From NCBI GenBank assembly GCA_964234715.1, contig OZ174282.1: DNA of 64,000 nucleotides; one strand, 5' to 3'. This DNA comes from Podarcis melisellensis (Eukaryota). Position numbers and translations under genes: made by a program. The number at the start of each line of letters is the position of its first letter. Positions within the stretch are counted from its first letter, which is position 1. Below the pieces are notes generated by a model that saw only the letters and a list, made by a program, of their open reading frames with translations, had not been told where the DNA came from and searched no databases. Of this stretch, positions 36,021-48,969 are shown piece by piece.

Positions 36021-38719
36021 CCTTTCTGAGCCTGAGATGTGTTCCAGAAGTAAACAAAAAAGTGTTATGGTGGGAAGTGAAATCTTGCTTCAGCCAGATA
36101 AGGGGCATGTAAAGACTCTCCATTAAAAAACCTGGACTTGTTGTTTCTGAAGGGCAAAAGGTTTTAACAATTTGGTTGGTTCTGAATATCCCAAGGGAAG
36201 AACTGAAGGTGAATTGTGGCTGGGGCCAGCCTCTCCCCATGTGCTGACTTAAAGCTGTTTTCTTGGAGCCTGAAAGCAGCCTGTTCCCAAGTAGACAGAG
36301 GGAATCCTAAAGGCATCAATCTGTCAGATGTGATGGCATTTGAGGACGTCCTGTTTTGTAGGAGTTGGTCTCTGTGCATTTTGTGTTCCTGCCGATCCTT
36401 GCATATAAACAGACAAAACTTAATTCTTTGCAAAGGAAATTGAGAAGCAGAGAAGAATTAATTCAGGTTAAGTAAGCTGAAGGAACTGTTTTCTACATGC
36501 TCTCACTTCTGTGAATCAAAAGATTGTGTGTGTGTGGTCTCCACTTGAAGGTGAAAGGCACTTAAACTGCAGGAAGATAGATACAATATCATCATGCTTT
36601 AAAACCAAATCAAACAAGCCTCCTAATGGAAGACCCGCCAGGTATGTTGCGATTGCCTTAAGCACTGCAAGGCTGTCCCAGGGCCAGCGCTAACATGAGG
36701 GAAGATGAAGCAACTACCGCAGGTGGTAAATGCTATGGAGTGGGTGGGGAGTGGGCAGAACTGTGTGTGCCCTACAGCCTGCTTAAACTAACCTGCTGCC
36801 TTTGAGTGCAATTGTGGAAATCTAAGAAAGCTGTCAGTCTGGTTGACTTTTGTACGTGGGGGCGGGGAGGTGCAATCCTGGCCATCTCAGGCAGCAAAAT
36901 GTCTTGGACCGCCCACACGTTGCTGTAGAAGAACATTTTCCTTTTTAAAAGTTTTAACACTGTTTTATTTGGAAATTAAAGCTATACGTATTGTGATAAC
37001 ATGACAATATAGCAGCATATTAACAAATCCTTATCCAAATTAATTATATAATTTTATTATGTGTTACCCAACCTATTTGCATGCTTTTCTTTTAAAGCAA
37101 ACCTCTTTCCTGCCCCACCCCTCCCCCACTTGCCTGCTGTCACGCAAGTCCAAAGTCTAAGCTTCCCTGTACACCTGCAAACTGGGTGGGGATCCTGGAT
37201 TGTAGTAAGTCCTGGATTATCTTTCATGTGTGAGCAAAGAGATCAAAGTATCTCCCAAGGACACACTTCACATCCTTGGTATGTTTATGATGTGTGTAAT
37301 TACACCAACGACCAATTTGCAGAGTGTTCTCATGTGCTAGCGTAAACAGAAGCCATTGAGTGCTTGAGTCACGCTGCTTGCCTTCATCATTTAGTACATC
37401 CATGCAAGGCAGGTGTAGATGTTTAAGAGCTATAGATTCTGCCTTGTTATCTGTCCCCTGGGTAGGGCAGTGTTTTGGCCCCAAGGGGTGAGCCAGGCCC
37501 TGTGTGGCCTCAGGGACATCAGTGTTTGGGTGCTTAGCATCTCACAGTTACCAGCCACACAGCAGGTGATGAGAGAATTGTGTATTGAATCACTGCAAAG
37601 CTGCTCCCTTTGTGGCTTCTCTGAAATGCAGCAGAGGAAACATTCCCACCAGCGATGCACATAACTAATGCACACACACATTCATTTATGCTCTTGCATG
37701 CATCTCAAGGCTTGGGACAGGCAGGAAGAGCTGCACTAGACATTTTACCTGTAAACCCACAGAAGGGTTTTGGGAATCAAATGTGAAAGCTACAATACGT
37801 ATAAAACATTAAATACAACACGATATGAAAGCTATCAGAACTAAAAGAGACAGGATGTGTGAGACATGAAAGTGGCATGAAAGGGAATTAAAAAGCCCAG
37901 GGGGAAAGGGGGGTGCTTTGACTGGCAGCACTGAAATGATGTCAGTGAAGCCTGTGGAGAGCACTTGCACAGTCAAGAGGCCACCAGCAAGAAGGCCCTT
38001 TCCCCTGCAGCCTGTTGACATACCTTAGATGATGGGGAAGCCAAAGGACAGCCTCTGCTGAAGGTCTTAGAGTGGGGTATCTAGTGTGGTGTCCTCCAAA
38101 TGTTGTGGGACTTAAACTCTGAGCAGCCAGCTGACCAATGATCAGAGCTGATGGGAGCTGTAGTCCAACATCTGGAGCATCACAGGTTCCCAATTCCTGT
38201 CTTGGAGTATGGGCAGGCAGGTGTTGAGATGAGGTTTTAGACTACAACTCCCATCACCCTGTCCATTGTCTGCTGACTGAGGTTGATAACAGTTGCAGTC
38301 CAAAAATTCTGGAGGGCACCAGGTTAGCGATGGATGATGTTAGATTTACCAGGGAAATGAATGGAGGAAACTGACATGCATGTACCCTGGGTTCTCTTTC
38401 AGCTGCTTATCTCTCTCAATGGAAAAAAAATGCACTTCTTGCCTAGTTCAAACAAGCTGGGGACTTACAGGTTCTGGGCAGGTTGGCATCCTGCCATGTT
38501 TCCTGTTGGAGGCAAATTGCTGCTCTTATATGAAATTCAACAAAAACAAGGAGGTTCCATCTCCTCAAACAGCTACTGCTCTTTATCTCAGCCATGCCAG
38601 TAATTATTTGTATTTTTGAAGAATGTGTCCTGAAGTTAGGCTCCAGCTATCAGGCAGCAACTTGTTCCTTTGGGCATCCTGAGTTCTTACGTTGTTAACT
38701 TGGTGTTCTCAGCCCATAA

Positions 38720-39117
38720 GCAGAGGGTCTCTAATGAAGCTGAATGTTGGAAGATTCGAAACAGACAAAAGGAAGTGCCTCTTCACACAGCACATGGTTA
38801 AATAATGGAAATCGCTCCCACCAAGGCCAACAATGGCCACCAACTTGGATGACTTTGAAAGAGGATTAGACAAATTCATAGATGTAAAGACTATCAATGC
38901 CTGTTAGTCACGATGGCTATGTTCTGCTTGCACTGTTGGTGGGTGCAGTATTGCTCTAGATACCAGTTGTTGGGAATCACAAGTTGTGAGGCTGCTATTG
39001 CACTCAGGTCCTGCTTAGAAGCTTCCCAGAGGCATCAGCCTGGCCACTGTGAGAACAGGATACTGGATTAGACGGGCTATTGCCCTGATCCAGCAGGATC
39101 TTATTATGTTCTTATGT
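38720..39117 (+). mobile_element. CR1 LINE 3' end; related pieces 2770-2912, 40706-41050 (minus), 62424-62662
   Basis: GRFETDKRK..FTQ RT-end motif and TTATGTTCTTATGT tail. Confidence 0.82.
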
Positions 39118-41321
39118 GTGCGCTGCACATACATATATTTACCACCCCCTCGGTTCCCTTTATGCATCGGATGAATCCTGTTGTCCACAAAAGCTCTTGA
39201 CTTCACAGCTTTATTCTGTGCCCCATTCCCCACTTAAGGTAGGTCTGTGGTGGATGGAAACAAGAGGCAGGATGAGCATGTCTGTCTGACACTCATGTGC
39301 TTTGTACAGAGCTTGTGTCAAGAGGGAAGGGCCATGGCCCAGTGGAAGAACATCTGCCTTGCATGCAGAAGGCCCCAGGTCCCATCCTCTCCCCACCATC
39401 CCCAGGTAGGGCTGGGAATGTCCTCTGCCTGAAACCCCGGAGAACCAGGTCTATGTAGATTATCCTGAGCTAGATGGACCAATGCCATGGTCTGATTCAG
39501 CATAAGGCAGCTTCCTAAGAGTAATTCACAAAGAATTGAGGCAGCAATATCATGACTTCCTCTGTGTGTATGTGTGCGTTTGTGTGTGTGTGTATGTCCC
39601 TTTTGTGTGTGACTCTCCTGTTGCGCAGCTGAAGAAATGAGGATGTGCCTACATGCAAAGAATTGAGATGTTCTCAACTTCAAAGCCACTGTCCTGTTGT
39701 CTAAATTTGACGACCTTCTTGTCCTAAGCTTCATGTATCTGAATCAGTTTGGCTGCTGCTACTTTACCAATCCTCACCAACAGGCACCGAAATCCTTTCC
39801 ATTGTGCTCATCCCCCAGAAAGCACTTCACAATCCCCCATGTTTTGACATCTCTCTGGTGTCTGCAAAGGCAGGTAGCAATTCTATTTCAAAATTCTAAC
39901 TCTTTCCTGCTAATCCCAAGAGAATGAAATACTGGAAGGAATGCATGGGGAAGGTAATTGTTTTCTGTTTTGATGTTCTTTGTCATGTATGAAAACTCTG
40001 AAAGAATAAGAGGTGCCTGGAGGGACAAAGCAGAATGGAACCTTTTGCCTTTGTCCTTGCAGGGGCTGCAGCTGGTTGCCTTGGAGTCTGCAGGAGTAGC
40101 TATTGCTGATCTGCTTGTTCTGATAATATTTACTTAGAAGCATTACACAGAGTGCCTTAAAAACTGGTCTGCCCGGTTCTGGGCTATACATAGCCTAGCC
40201 TATGATTGTCAGCAGCTACTAAAGGGTCACTGACTTCTTGACCTTCAACCAACGATGCAAAGCGAAGGTGACTCTTTTGGTGCATTTAAATCATTCCAGC
40301 CCAAGAGCTCTCTCTCTCTGCCCACAGGCACCACTGATGTTTTAGTGGGGAGGAGGCCAAGAATTGCATCAGTTTAATGGTCCCTGAAGGAACACGGTGA
40401 TGAACAGTAGCAGTATATAGCAAGGAATCTTTGCTGCAGTGGAGAGAAGCTCAGTTCCTAGCATGTTACTTTCCAGCATCCATGGTATCCTGAAAACCTT
40501 GCTTTGTATAGCTAGGGGTGCTTCCAGAAGGACACTTCTTAAAAATCATATATGGGGAGTTCAGATCTGATTTCTACGTTTGTGTGTCGCACATGGCTTC
40601 CCACTATTTCCCATCCACATTAGAGCTTGATGGGATGTATCTGTGCTGAGCTGCTTTGCTCTTCCTCTCTGCCATGTCTCCCCTGCCCTCCTCTACCTTT
40701 TCTGTTCTGAACATAAGAAGAGCCGCTGGATCAGATCAGGGGCCCATCTAGTCCAGCATCCTGTTCTCACAGTAGCCAACCTGATGCCTGCAGAAAACCT
40801 GCAAGCAGGATCTGAGCAGAAGAGCATCTTCCCCTCCTGTGGTTTCTAGCAACTGTTACTTGGAAGCATTTCTGCCTCCAGCTGTGGAGGCAGAGCATAA
40901 CCATCCTGGCTAGTATCCTCTGATAGCCCTCTCCTCCATGAATTTGTCTAATACTATTTGAGAGCCATTCAAGCTGGTGGACAACATCACTGCCTCCTGT
41001 GGGACCAAGTTCCTTAGTTTTAACTATGCACAGCATGAATAAGTCCTGACACTTTGGGGCACACCTGCAGGTATTTTTGCATCTGTGTGCACTTCTGAAA
41101 AAATCAACCCACTGGAAGTCTGCAAGACCAAATGTAACCAGCCTTTAGGTATCACTCTTAACAGTACTGTAGTTAAAATGCAGACTTGTGCTTTTGAGGA
41201 GGGTGGAATTTTTCCCATTATTTAAAAAATAATCTTAATGGTGAACCCTTGCACAAGAACAATGTTTAGCTATATCAGTCTGCAGTTTGATTTGGTGAAG
41301 GTGTGATGGGTAAGCAATATC

Positions 41322-41362
<41 letters not shown>
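41322..41362. repeat. (TAA)n microsatellite
   Basis: Seen directly. Confidence 0.95.
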
Positions 41363-41363
<1 letters not shown>

Positions 41364-44300
41364 CCAGTAGGCCTCTGTAACCATTAACAACACAACCACC
41401 TGTCTTCCTCAGCCTACCCCAAAAGAGAGCAGCAATTAAATACTGGAATGAAGAGTCTTGTGCAAGACCAGTACATAATTTTGCGAAGTGTTTTTAAATC
41501 TTGATGTATGGCACTTTCTGCTGCAATCCCCTGCATGATCTGTGTGGAGATTCTGAGAGAGCAGTTCCTCTAAAATTCAGAGGATTTCCTGTTGAAATCC
41601 AGGTGTGCTTTCAGTCTGTGGAATGTAGGCATGCTTGCAGATTGTGCTCACGTAAGGAGCAAATGGAAATAGGGGCATGGCCTTAGAAAAAGGCTACTCA
41701 AAGTGGTGGCACAGAATAGTGCCAGTCCATAAGCCATCAGCTGCCAGACTATGAAAACATCACAACGCAAGTTGGGTGAGATGCCCCAGGGACCAATATG
41801 GTGATGGTTTCTGACACATTGGGGCGGGGGGTAGGAATTGCTGGTCTGCCACATCAGATAGTTTGAGAAGCAAGACTAAATTCTGTTACAAATGACTGGG
41901 TTGGTTCCCCACCCCTTATCTTTTTTCCTTTGTCCATCAGAGAGTTCTGTAAAGCTCTAAACCTTGCTTATATCTACTTCAACCTAATTTAAATATACTA
42001 TTTACATACTGTCTCCTGCCCTTTTGAGACCAACAGAGAAACTGTAGTGACTGAATTTCCATGTTGGGGACATTTTAATGCCAAATGCAAAGAGAAATAT
42101 TTCCTGCTTAGCCTCTGCAGCTCCTCTTTCAGGTACTGGTTGATAATGGAACTGGAGTCAAGGGTGAATTGTGATATATGAAAGATACTAGGAACTGAGA
42201 GAGGGGCAAATCCGTTCACCAGCTGACTTTGTGCCCCTTTTACAAGGTAGCAAATTTGAGCTGCTGCTGCTACTTTCTTTCTTTGTGTGTCTGGGTTTTT
42301 AAAAAGTTCTTCTGCCACAGAATTGCTGTGTGGTGCTGCCTACAGAGATGTTTAGGAGATGCCTTAATGTCTCTGAAATGTCTCGGAGTTGCTGAGAATC
42401 TGCTGAGTCTGTTAGACTGCGCTTTGCTGATGCGGCTGCCCTAGCAAGTTATGCCTCTTTAACAGCTTTTGCTCCTGTTGTCCTGCTGATAAATGGAGTA
42501 CAGGACACTTGCTCCATTCATGTGGCTGTATGAAGCCATGCTCAGCTTTCTTCCAATGCAAGGCAGCCAGTCTGGTGCAGCTCCAGATATTTTGGAGGAT
42601 GATTCCCATCATCCCCAAGTAGGATGGGACCTGTGCAGTCCACATCTGGAGGGCAGCATGTTGCCTCCCCCCACACATCCTAGAGGTAGGGCAACCTTCC
42701 CCAGCCTGGTGGTCTCCAGGTATTTCAGGCTACAGCTCCCACCTGCCCCAGCCAGGACAGCCATTTCCTACTATAACACCTCTCAGCCGTGATGAGGGCA
42801 CCAGCTTGGGGAAGGTTGTAGTATTTGCAAAATTTTGAGAGCATTGATTGTTGGCTATGGAATTACCTCTAAATAGAGATGGCTTATTTGAGCCTTCTTT
42901 CCCCAGCACCTCTTGGACAGAGCGATGATGGGAAGAAATAACAATAGGCTATATTGTTCTGATTTATATCCTCGGACCTTTGCCCATAATATTCCTCAGA
43001 GCAGCTTACAATCCTTTTCAGTATACAGTAAAAACAACTTTTTGTTGTTGTAAGAAGCGCTGCCACCACTACCACCACCAGGACTACCCTTCCTCCACCA
43101 CCTGCAACCAAACAAACCCCAAACCAGTCTAAACAGCATTAGGCAGCCCTGCAGAAAGCATCCTCGACCTCTGTTCTATGCATGCTAAGAGAGAAGGAGA
43201 GCTTCACCCTTCAGTGTCACTAGAGATAAGAGGCACTTGTGTGGGCCAGGTTGACCTCTCTGCAGGGCAGCCTATAAGTGGCTCATTGATTGGGGAAATG
43301 GCAGGAAATGGGGGTCTGAGCTCCCTCGAGTCACAGGGGGCATGACAGCAAAGTGGCTCTGAAGCACTGCGGACAATTATGGAAAATGGAGCAGGGGGAG
43401 CCTGGCTTAACTGCTTTATCCCTGCCTGGGAATGAAAACCTGCTCCATTTAGTGCTCTTCCTCTCCCCCCCCCAAAAAAAATAAGGCTCTGCATTCATAA
43501 ATGGCAGGTTCTCTGGGGACTATGGTCCCCAAGTGGGTGAATTTAATGGCCTGCCTTTTCAGGGCTAATTTCTGTCTTGCCTAAGATGCACTTGGAAAAA
43601 CACTTTCTGCCCCAGAGAGCCTCTTATTTGCCTTTTTGACTGTTGGTGCACCAGCTGCCACGTGTCTTTTTTCTGTTTTGTTTCTTTTCCAAAACTCCCA
43701 CCACTTGTGAATTTTTGCTTCTTTCCCTCCCACCTCTTGATATTTGGAGTTCACAGCCTGTCCCTTGCAGAAGAGGAGGAGGCTGCTGCTGCTGCTCTTT
43801 TAACGTTCACAGGCAAATCCTGATTGTTCATGTTTCATGTATGCACTTGAGCCTGATCTACAGGTGCAGCAGACAGAGACTTTCAGCCATGCAGACTTCC
43901 ACCACCCCTTCTTTACCTGTGTGGCTCTCCATGATGATTCACTGCCAGCCAGCCAGGACTGAAGAAGGCAGAAGACAGAAAATCATCATCAGTACAATGA
44001 CAAGCCATAGTTCTCCCTCACCATGGAGGGTAAAGCAATAATAAACAGGGCTTTGTAATTATTATAATACCTCAAGGCAGCTTACAGATAACATAGGAAC
44101 AGCTAAAAACATAGCAGGGTGAGAGAGTCATTAAAAACATTTAAACACCAATAGAATAAAAACTATATATGAACATAAAAGATTCTAAAGGAACAGGAAA
44201 AGAAAGATTTTTTCCTGTCTGACCAATGAAAAGAGACTTGAGGGGAAACTGATGAGATCTCAAGTCCCCATAAAAATAGCTACTGGAAGTTAGTTTTTGT

Positions 44301-44943
44301 TTTAAAGAGTTTCAGGAGAGAAGCATTGCTGGGCACTTGGCTTGAATAGGGTTTCCCAGTCTTTAATCAGCTTGGGTTGGGACAGAAACTGTGGCTGTGG
44401 GGAAAGGGGAATACTACTCGTTGCCCTCTGACCCTAGGAGATGTGAGTGTTTTTTATGTCAGTGTGGTTCAGTCTGGTCTGCATCAGGTGATGTGTTGCA
44501 TGCATGATGCTGAGTGGGCTTTCTGTGAGCACCCCAGTGCTGTAGCTGAGCCAGCCAATCATTTTCCTTGAGAGAGCTGTGGCTTTGGCACCACCTCCCT
44601 TAATGCATTGAAATATTAATCTCTTACCCTTGGACTTGGTTCTTAAGCTGTCCTGTAGGCCTCTTTGGACAGTGTCTACAGCACCCTTTGAATTGCTGTC
44701 TGGTCTGTAGTAGCAGGGAATATGGACTCCTGCTTTGATAAGGGAAGGAGGCTGGGTTGGAATCCCACAAAGGTGCCCAGGTGAATCTGGGTCCTTTGAG
44801 TCTAGCCTGGCTCTTGTGGTTGGGAAGAGTGTGTGTGTAAGTGGGGCATGTGAACAACAAGGTGGTATAACAACCCCAACTTGACAATATGGGATATGGT
44901 TCCAAAAGGCAGCAATCTTAATGGTGTCATTTTCCTCTTGCAG

Positions 44944-44981
44944 AGCTCCCATTGACCTTGACACCCTCTGCTGAAGCACAG
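44944..44981 (+). CDS. SPIRE2: SPIRE2 exon 2 (ELPLTLTPSAEAQ)
   Basis: 38 nt, polypyrimidine-CAG and CAG|GTACGT; phase 1 to 0 links exons 1 and 3; resembles human PLASSEAQ. Confidence 0.88.
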
Positions 44982-46145
44982 GTACGTTGTCGATTCCCTC
45001 CTAGGAAATAAGGGGTCACTGAAACTTGCCCCCAAAAGCCAGCATTATTGGATCACTCTGGTGACCTGCTAAAAAGCTTTTATCTCAGCATGTGGGTGAA
45101 GTCATTCTGCCTTCAGCCAGTTGAAAGACAGCATAGATTTCAAGAGATCAGTGCTGAAAACCTCAGTCTGCTAAGAACATAAGAGCTCTGGAGCTGGATC
45201 AGGAGAAAGACCCCACCTTCTGGTATTATGAGAGAGGGAGAGATATGCCTTCTGCAGGCCATGCATTTCCTTTAAAAGTTCCTATCATGTCTTTCCAACG
45301 TTATGTGAATGAAAGCGCCTTAAAGTGGTGCAAACAGAACCCTTCTGATTCCGAGTGATTTCTGTGTGTCCTCCTCCTGAGAAGACCTCTGGGAGAGGCT
45401 CTTTCCTCTCCCTTCCTCCCCCCCTTCCCAAACTCAAAGCAGCTGCACTCCACCATCAGCCCATCTCTCCTGGGTGCCTGTCGCCTTGGTAGCTAAGCCC
45501 AAGCAATGAATAATTCACAAATGCTGAAACATAACTATATTTAATGAGCTGTCCCAGGCCAAATCAAGTCCCTCCTTGATCCCATTAGAAATGGCCAAAA
45601 TGGTAGCTGGGAGACTGGAATAGTTTGGCTTCAGATGGGCCAGGAACCAAAAGCAGCCAGCAAGGGAGATCCTTCGGCAGGTGCCGTGCACCTGCTGGAT
45701 CTGGTTTGGAGATCTTACAAGGGTGGAGTTTAGGCCCCTTTAATCTCTTTGCACACCCTGAAGATGTGTGTCTCCCTCTCCCTCTTTCCCCACGTTCTCC
45801 TCTTAGCCTCCACAGCTCAGCTCAACTTGACATGACAGTATCTTTGTTTTTCTTCTATCAATGTACACCTCTTCCCTTTATGACTGCCCACCCCCCACTC
45901 ACGTTTCCCACAGGGGAAGGAAGCCAGCTAACAGTGCAGCTTCTGTTTCTGCTCAGAGACTCTTGGCTCTCTACATCAACCCTGTTCCCTGCGGGGGGCT
46001 CATGTTCCCCTTGACTTCTAGATAATGGAGCCCTGGTGTTCATGGTGCAGAGAGCAAGGAAGACAGGAGGGGGCCCAGAATGCACACCTTTGTTTGGGAA
46101 ATAAAATGATTTTTTTAAAAAAATCATTTCAGTAAATCTCCAATA

Positions 46146-46374
46146 CCGTGGTACCTTGGGTTACATACACTTCAGGTTACAGACTCCGCTAACCCAGAAA
46201 TAGTACCTTGGGTTAAGAACTTTGCTTCAGGATGAGAACAGAAATTGTGCTCTGGCCGTGGAGTGGCAGCAGCGGGAGGCCCCATTAGCTAAAGTGGTGC
46301 TTCAGGTTAAAAACAGTTTCAGGTTAAGAACAGACCTCCGGAACGAATTAAGTTCTTAACCTGAGGTACCACTG
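46146..46374. mobile_element. Tc1/mariner (Tigger-like) MITE
   Basis: TIRs with TA flanks; homologous to 17192-17420. Confidence 0.88.
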
Positions 46375-46720
46375 TAATACCAACAGTAACAACAAGAACA
46401 GTATACAACACAATACCAGCAACTAAGTGTTGCAGTATATCCTCCCTCTCAAAAGGAGTGCTCCTGTTCAGAGTTCCAGCCAGATACTGCCTCTGAGAAG
46501 GGCATCCCACTCCCCACCCCAGACATGGCACCCGGGGCGCACTGCCCCCCGCCCCCCTTGTGACTCCACTGGCTACATGTAGCCACATCTTCTGTTGATT
46601 TGTCTAATCCGCTATGGAAGCCATTCAAGTTGGTGGCCATCACTTAATTTTGTATCCTAATGGCACAATCTCACCTAAACAACCTTTTTGCCTTAATCAC
46701 CTGTGTCTGCTTGCTTGCAG

Positions 46721-47083
46721 ATGGTGCAGTCTCTCGGCTTTGCGATCTACCGAGCGCTGGACTGGGGTCTGGATGAGAATGAGGAACGGGAGCTCAGCCC
46801 TGAACTGGAGCGGCTTATTGACTTGATGGCCAACAGCGATTCAGAGGACAGTGGCTGTGCCACGGCAGACGAAGGCTATGGCGGGCAGGAGGAGGAAGAG
46901 GAGGCTGTGGCGGAGGGCACCCTGAGGGCCGTGTGCACCTTCAGCCAAGCCATGCGGCTATGTGCTATGCGCCTCACTCAGCCCCAGGAAGCTGAGGCCC
47001 ACTACCAGGCTGTCTGCAGAGCCCTCTTCCTGGAGACGGTTGAACTGAAGGCTTTTCTGGCCAAGATTCGTGATGCCAAGGAG
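46721..47083 (+). CDS. SPIRE2: SPIRE2 exon 3 (KIND domain, MVQSLGFAIYRALDWGL...DAKE)
   Basis: 363 nt, AG/GT bounded; near-identical to SPIRE2 KIND. Confidence 0.98.
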
Positions 47084-47367
47084 GTGAGCAGTGCAGTGGG
47101 CTGTGTTGCTCTTGCCACACGGGCATTGATGGGAGGGCATGCATGGCAGCATCAGCGCTGCTTGACCCCAAGAAGGAGCATGCGTGCGCTTGTGACATGT
47201 TGTCTGCTTGCTAGGGGTGTCAGAGATTTCTGCTGGAAACAGAAACGGGAGTAGAAATGGTTGGTGTTCTCTTGTTTGTCCCATGCCTGGAATGGAAATC
47301 AAACTGTGGCATAGAGTCTATATTCACTACTGGCACTTCCAGTCCACAAATGATGCATAGTCTATTA

Positions 47368-47737
47368 TGTTAGGATACTGCCAGGGAGACAAAGGCCATC
47401 ATGCAGCCTACACGTCTTCTCCAGACGGTCTCTCGGTCCCCCGTAGAACAGCATCAGTCAATTAGCGACATGAGCTTCAGACACATTCCAGGACTCATGC
47501 ACGCCCTTTTAGCAGAGATTCCACAACGGAAGATTCACCCAGGAGAGCATAATTACAGCTTTATTCAACGTTGGTCAGAACAAAGGAAAAACATGACTGC
47601 TTGCTTTCACGCCGAGGAAACAGACAGAAAACAAAAGCTATATACAAAACGGAAACTCCCTATGAGCAGGAAGTACGCAGGCTTGTGACACACAACAGCC
47701 TGCTCCCTTTTTAAGGAGGAACGGAAATATCCTAACA
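47368..47737 (-). mobile_element. Solo LTR (370 bp) in SPIRE2 intron 3
   Basis: TGTTAGGATA...TATCCTAACA termini, 5-bp flanks TATTA/TCTTA, minus-strand TATA (about 47640) then AATAAA (47560-47565). Confidence 0.8.
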
Positions 47738-48787
47738 TCTTACTCTCCCCCACCCCAATTTGCATTGCATTTCCTTTGCACTGAGATGAATGGGCTGGAA
47801 TAATGTGACTACTAAAGAGCTTATAATCCCGCTACCACCGACATTGAAACCCATAATGCAGTTTTTAGTAGAAACTGCAGCAGAAAGGAAGCAGTGCTGC
47901 TTGTGATGAATGTAGGGTGGGGATGTAGCCCTTTTGCATCCCTCCTATTCACATGGCAGCTTGGAGAGTTACACAGTGACATGTCTCTGCCTGCAAGGAA
48001 CTCACAGTTTTAAAAATGCAGTAGGGAAAACAGAGAAAGGGAGAGTCAAGGGAGGAAAGGAAGTTCTGGGGCAAACAACAAACTACAAGCCTTTGGCTTG
48101 ATTGGAGTTCAGGACATGCTCCATGCATGACAGCATTGCAGCTTTGTTGGAAGATGCACTCCATGGATTACGGCGTCACTGCTTTTTGTCTGAAGCTGCA
48201 ACATGGATAAGCTTCCTACACAGCAGCTAGAGGAAAGATAAGGATGCTCCGAACCCTGCAGCCACCTGTATCTGCAGAGCAGTGACCTTGTTGCTCTGGG
48301 AAGGGGAGGCATCAATTGTCTGTAGAGCTGCAGCTGTTGTTAAAGAGGCTGTTTTCTGCCTCATTGAGCTTATGAGGCTGCTCCTTCTGCCTGTCAGCCT
48401 GATGATGGCACCTGTGTGTCCCAGCTTGGTCTGTGTGCAGGCTGCCTAAATTGCGATGGGTAAGCTGGGAAGAGGGGGCATTCTGGTGGCAGTTGCAGAA
48501 CAGGGTAGATAGGGATGATGATCCTGTGGGTGCCAGAGAAGGGAAGCTGTATCTGGGCTGGAGCACAAAGGAGGTGGCTGAGTAGTTAACGGCACGTGGG
48601 CTGGGGAAGACGGACTCAGTGGAGACTGACTTCCCTACATCCTCGTGGATTGGAGATGCATGTTGCAATTCCTAGTTGCTGGCAAGGGGCAGTTTTCTTA
48701 AAATGTCTGGGGTTCCCTGGCTTTTTTAGTTTTTTAAAGCAATGGTATCCTGGATAAGTCCCTGGAATTTGATAGTTAACAATCTAA

Positions 48788-48969
48788 GGCTGTGATCACA
48801 CCATACATTTAAAGCACATCCCCCCTTTCAACAACCCCCTGCCCAAATAATCCTGGAAACTGTAGTTTATCCGTCAGAGAACTATAATTCCCAGCACCCT
48901 TAACAAACTCCCAGGATTCTTTGGTTGGGTAGAGGAACTGTGCTTTAAAAGTATGCTGTGTACACAGCC
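48788..48969. mobile_element. PIF/Harbinger-like MITE; related element about 59610-59930
   Basis: GGCTGTG...CACAGCC termini, long imperfect inverted arms, TAA/TTA flanks. Confidence 0.65.

Noticed and set aside
43360-43377. RE1/REST-like motif TGAAGCACTGCGGACAA
   Set aside because: Only about 12 of 17 matches, with mismatches at core positions
44434-44979. 181-aa antisense ORF overlapping SPIRE2 exon 2
   Set aside because: Non-ATG start and no recognisable homology
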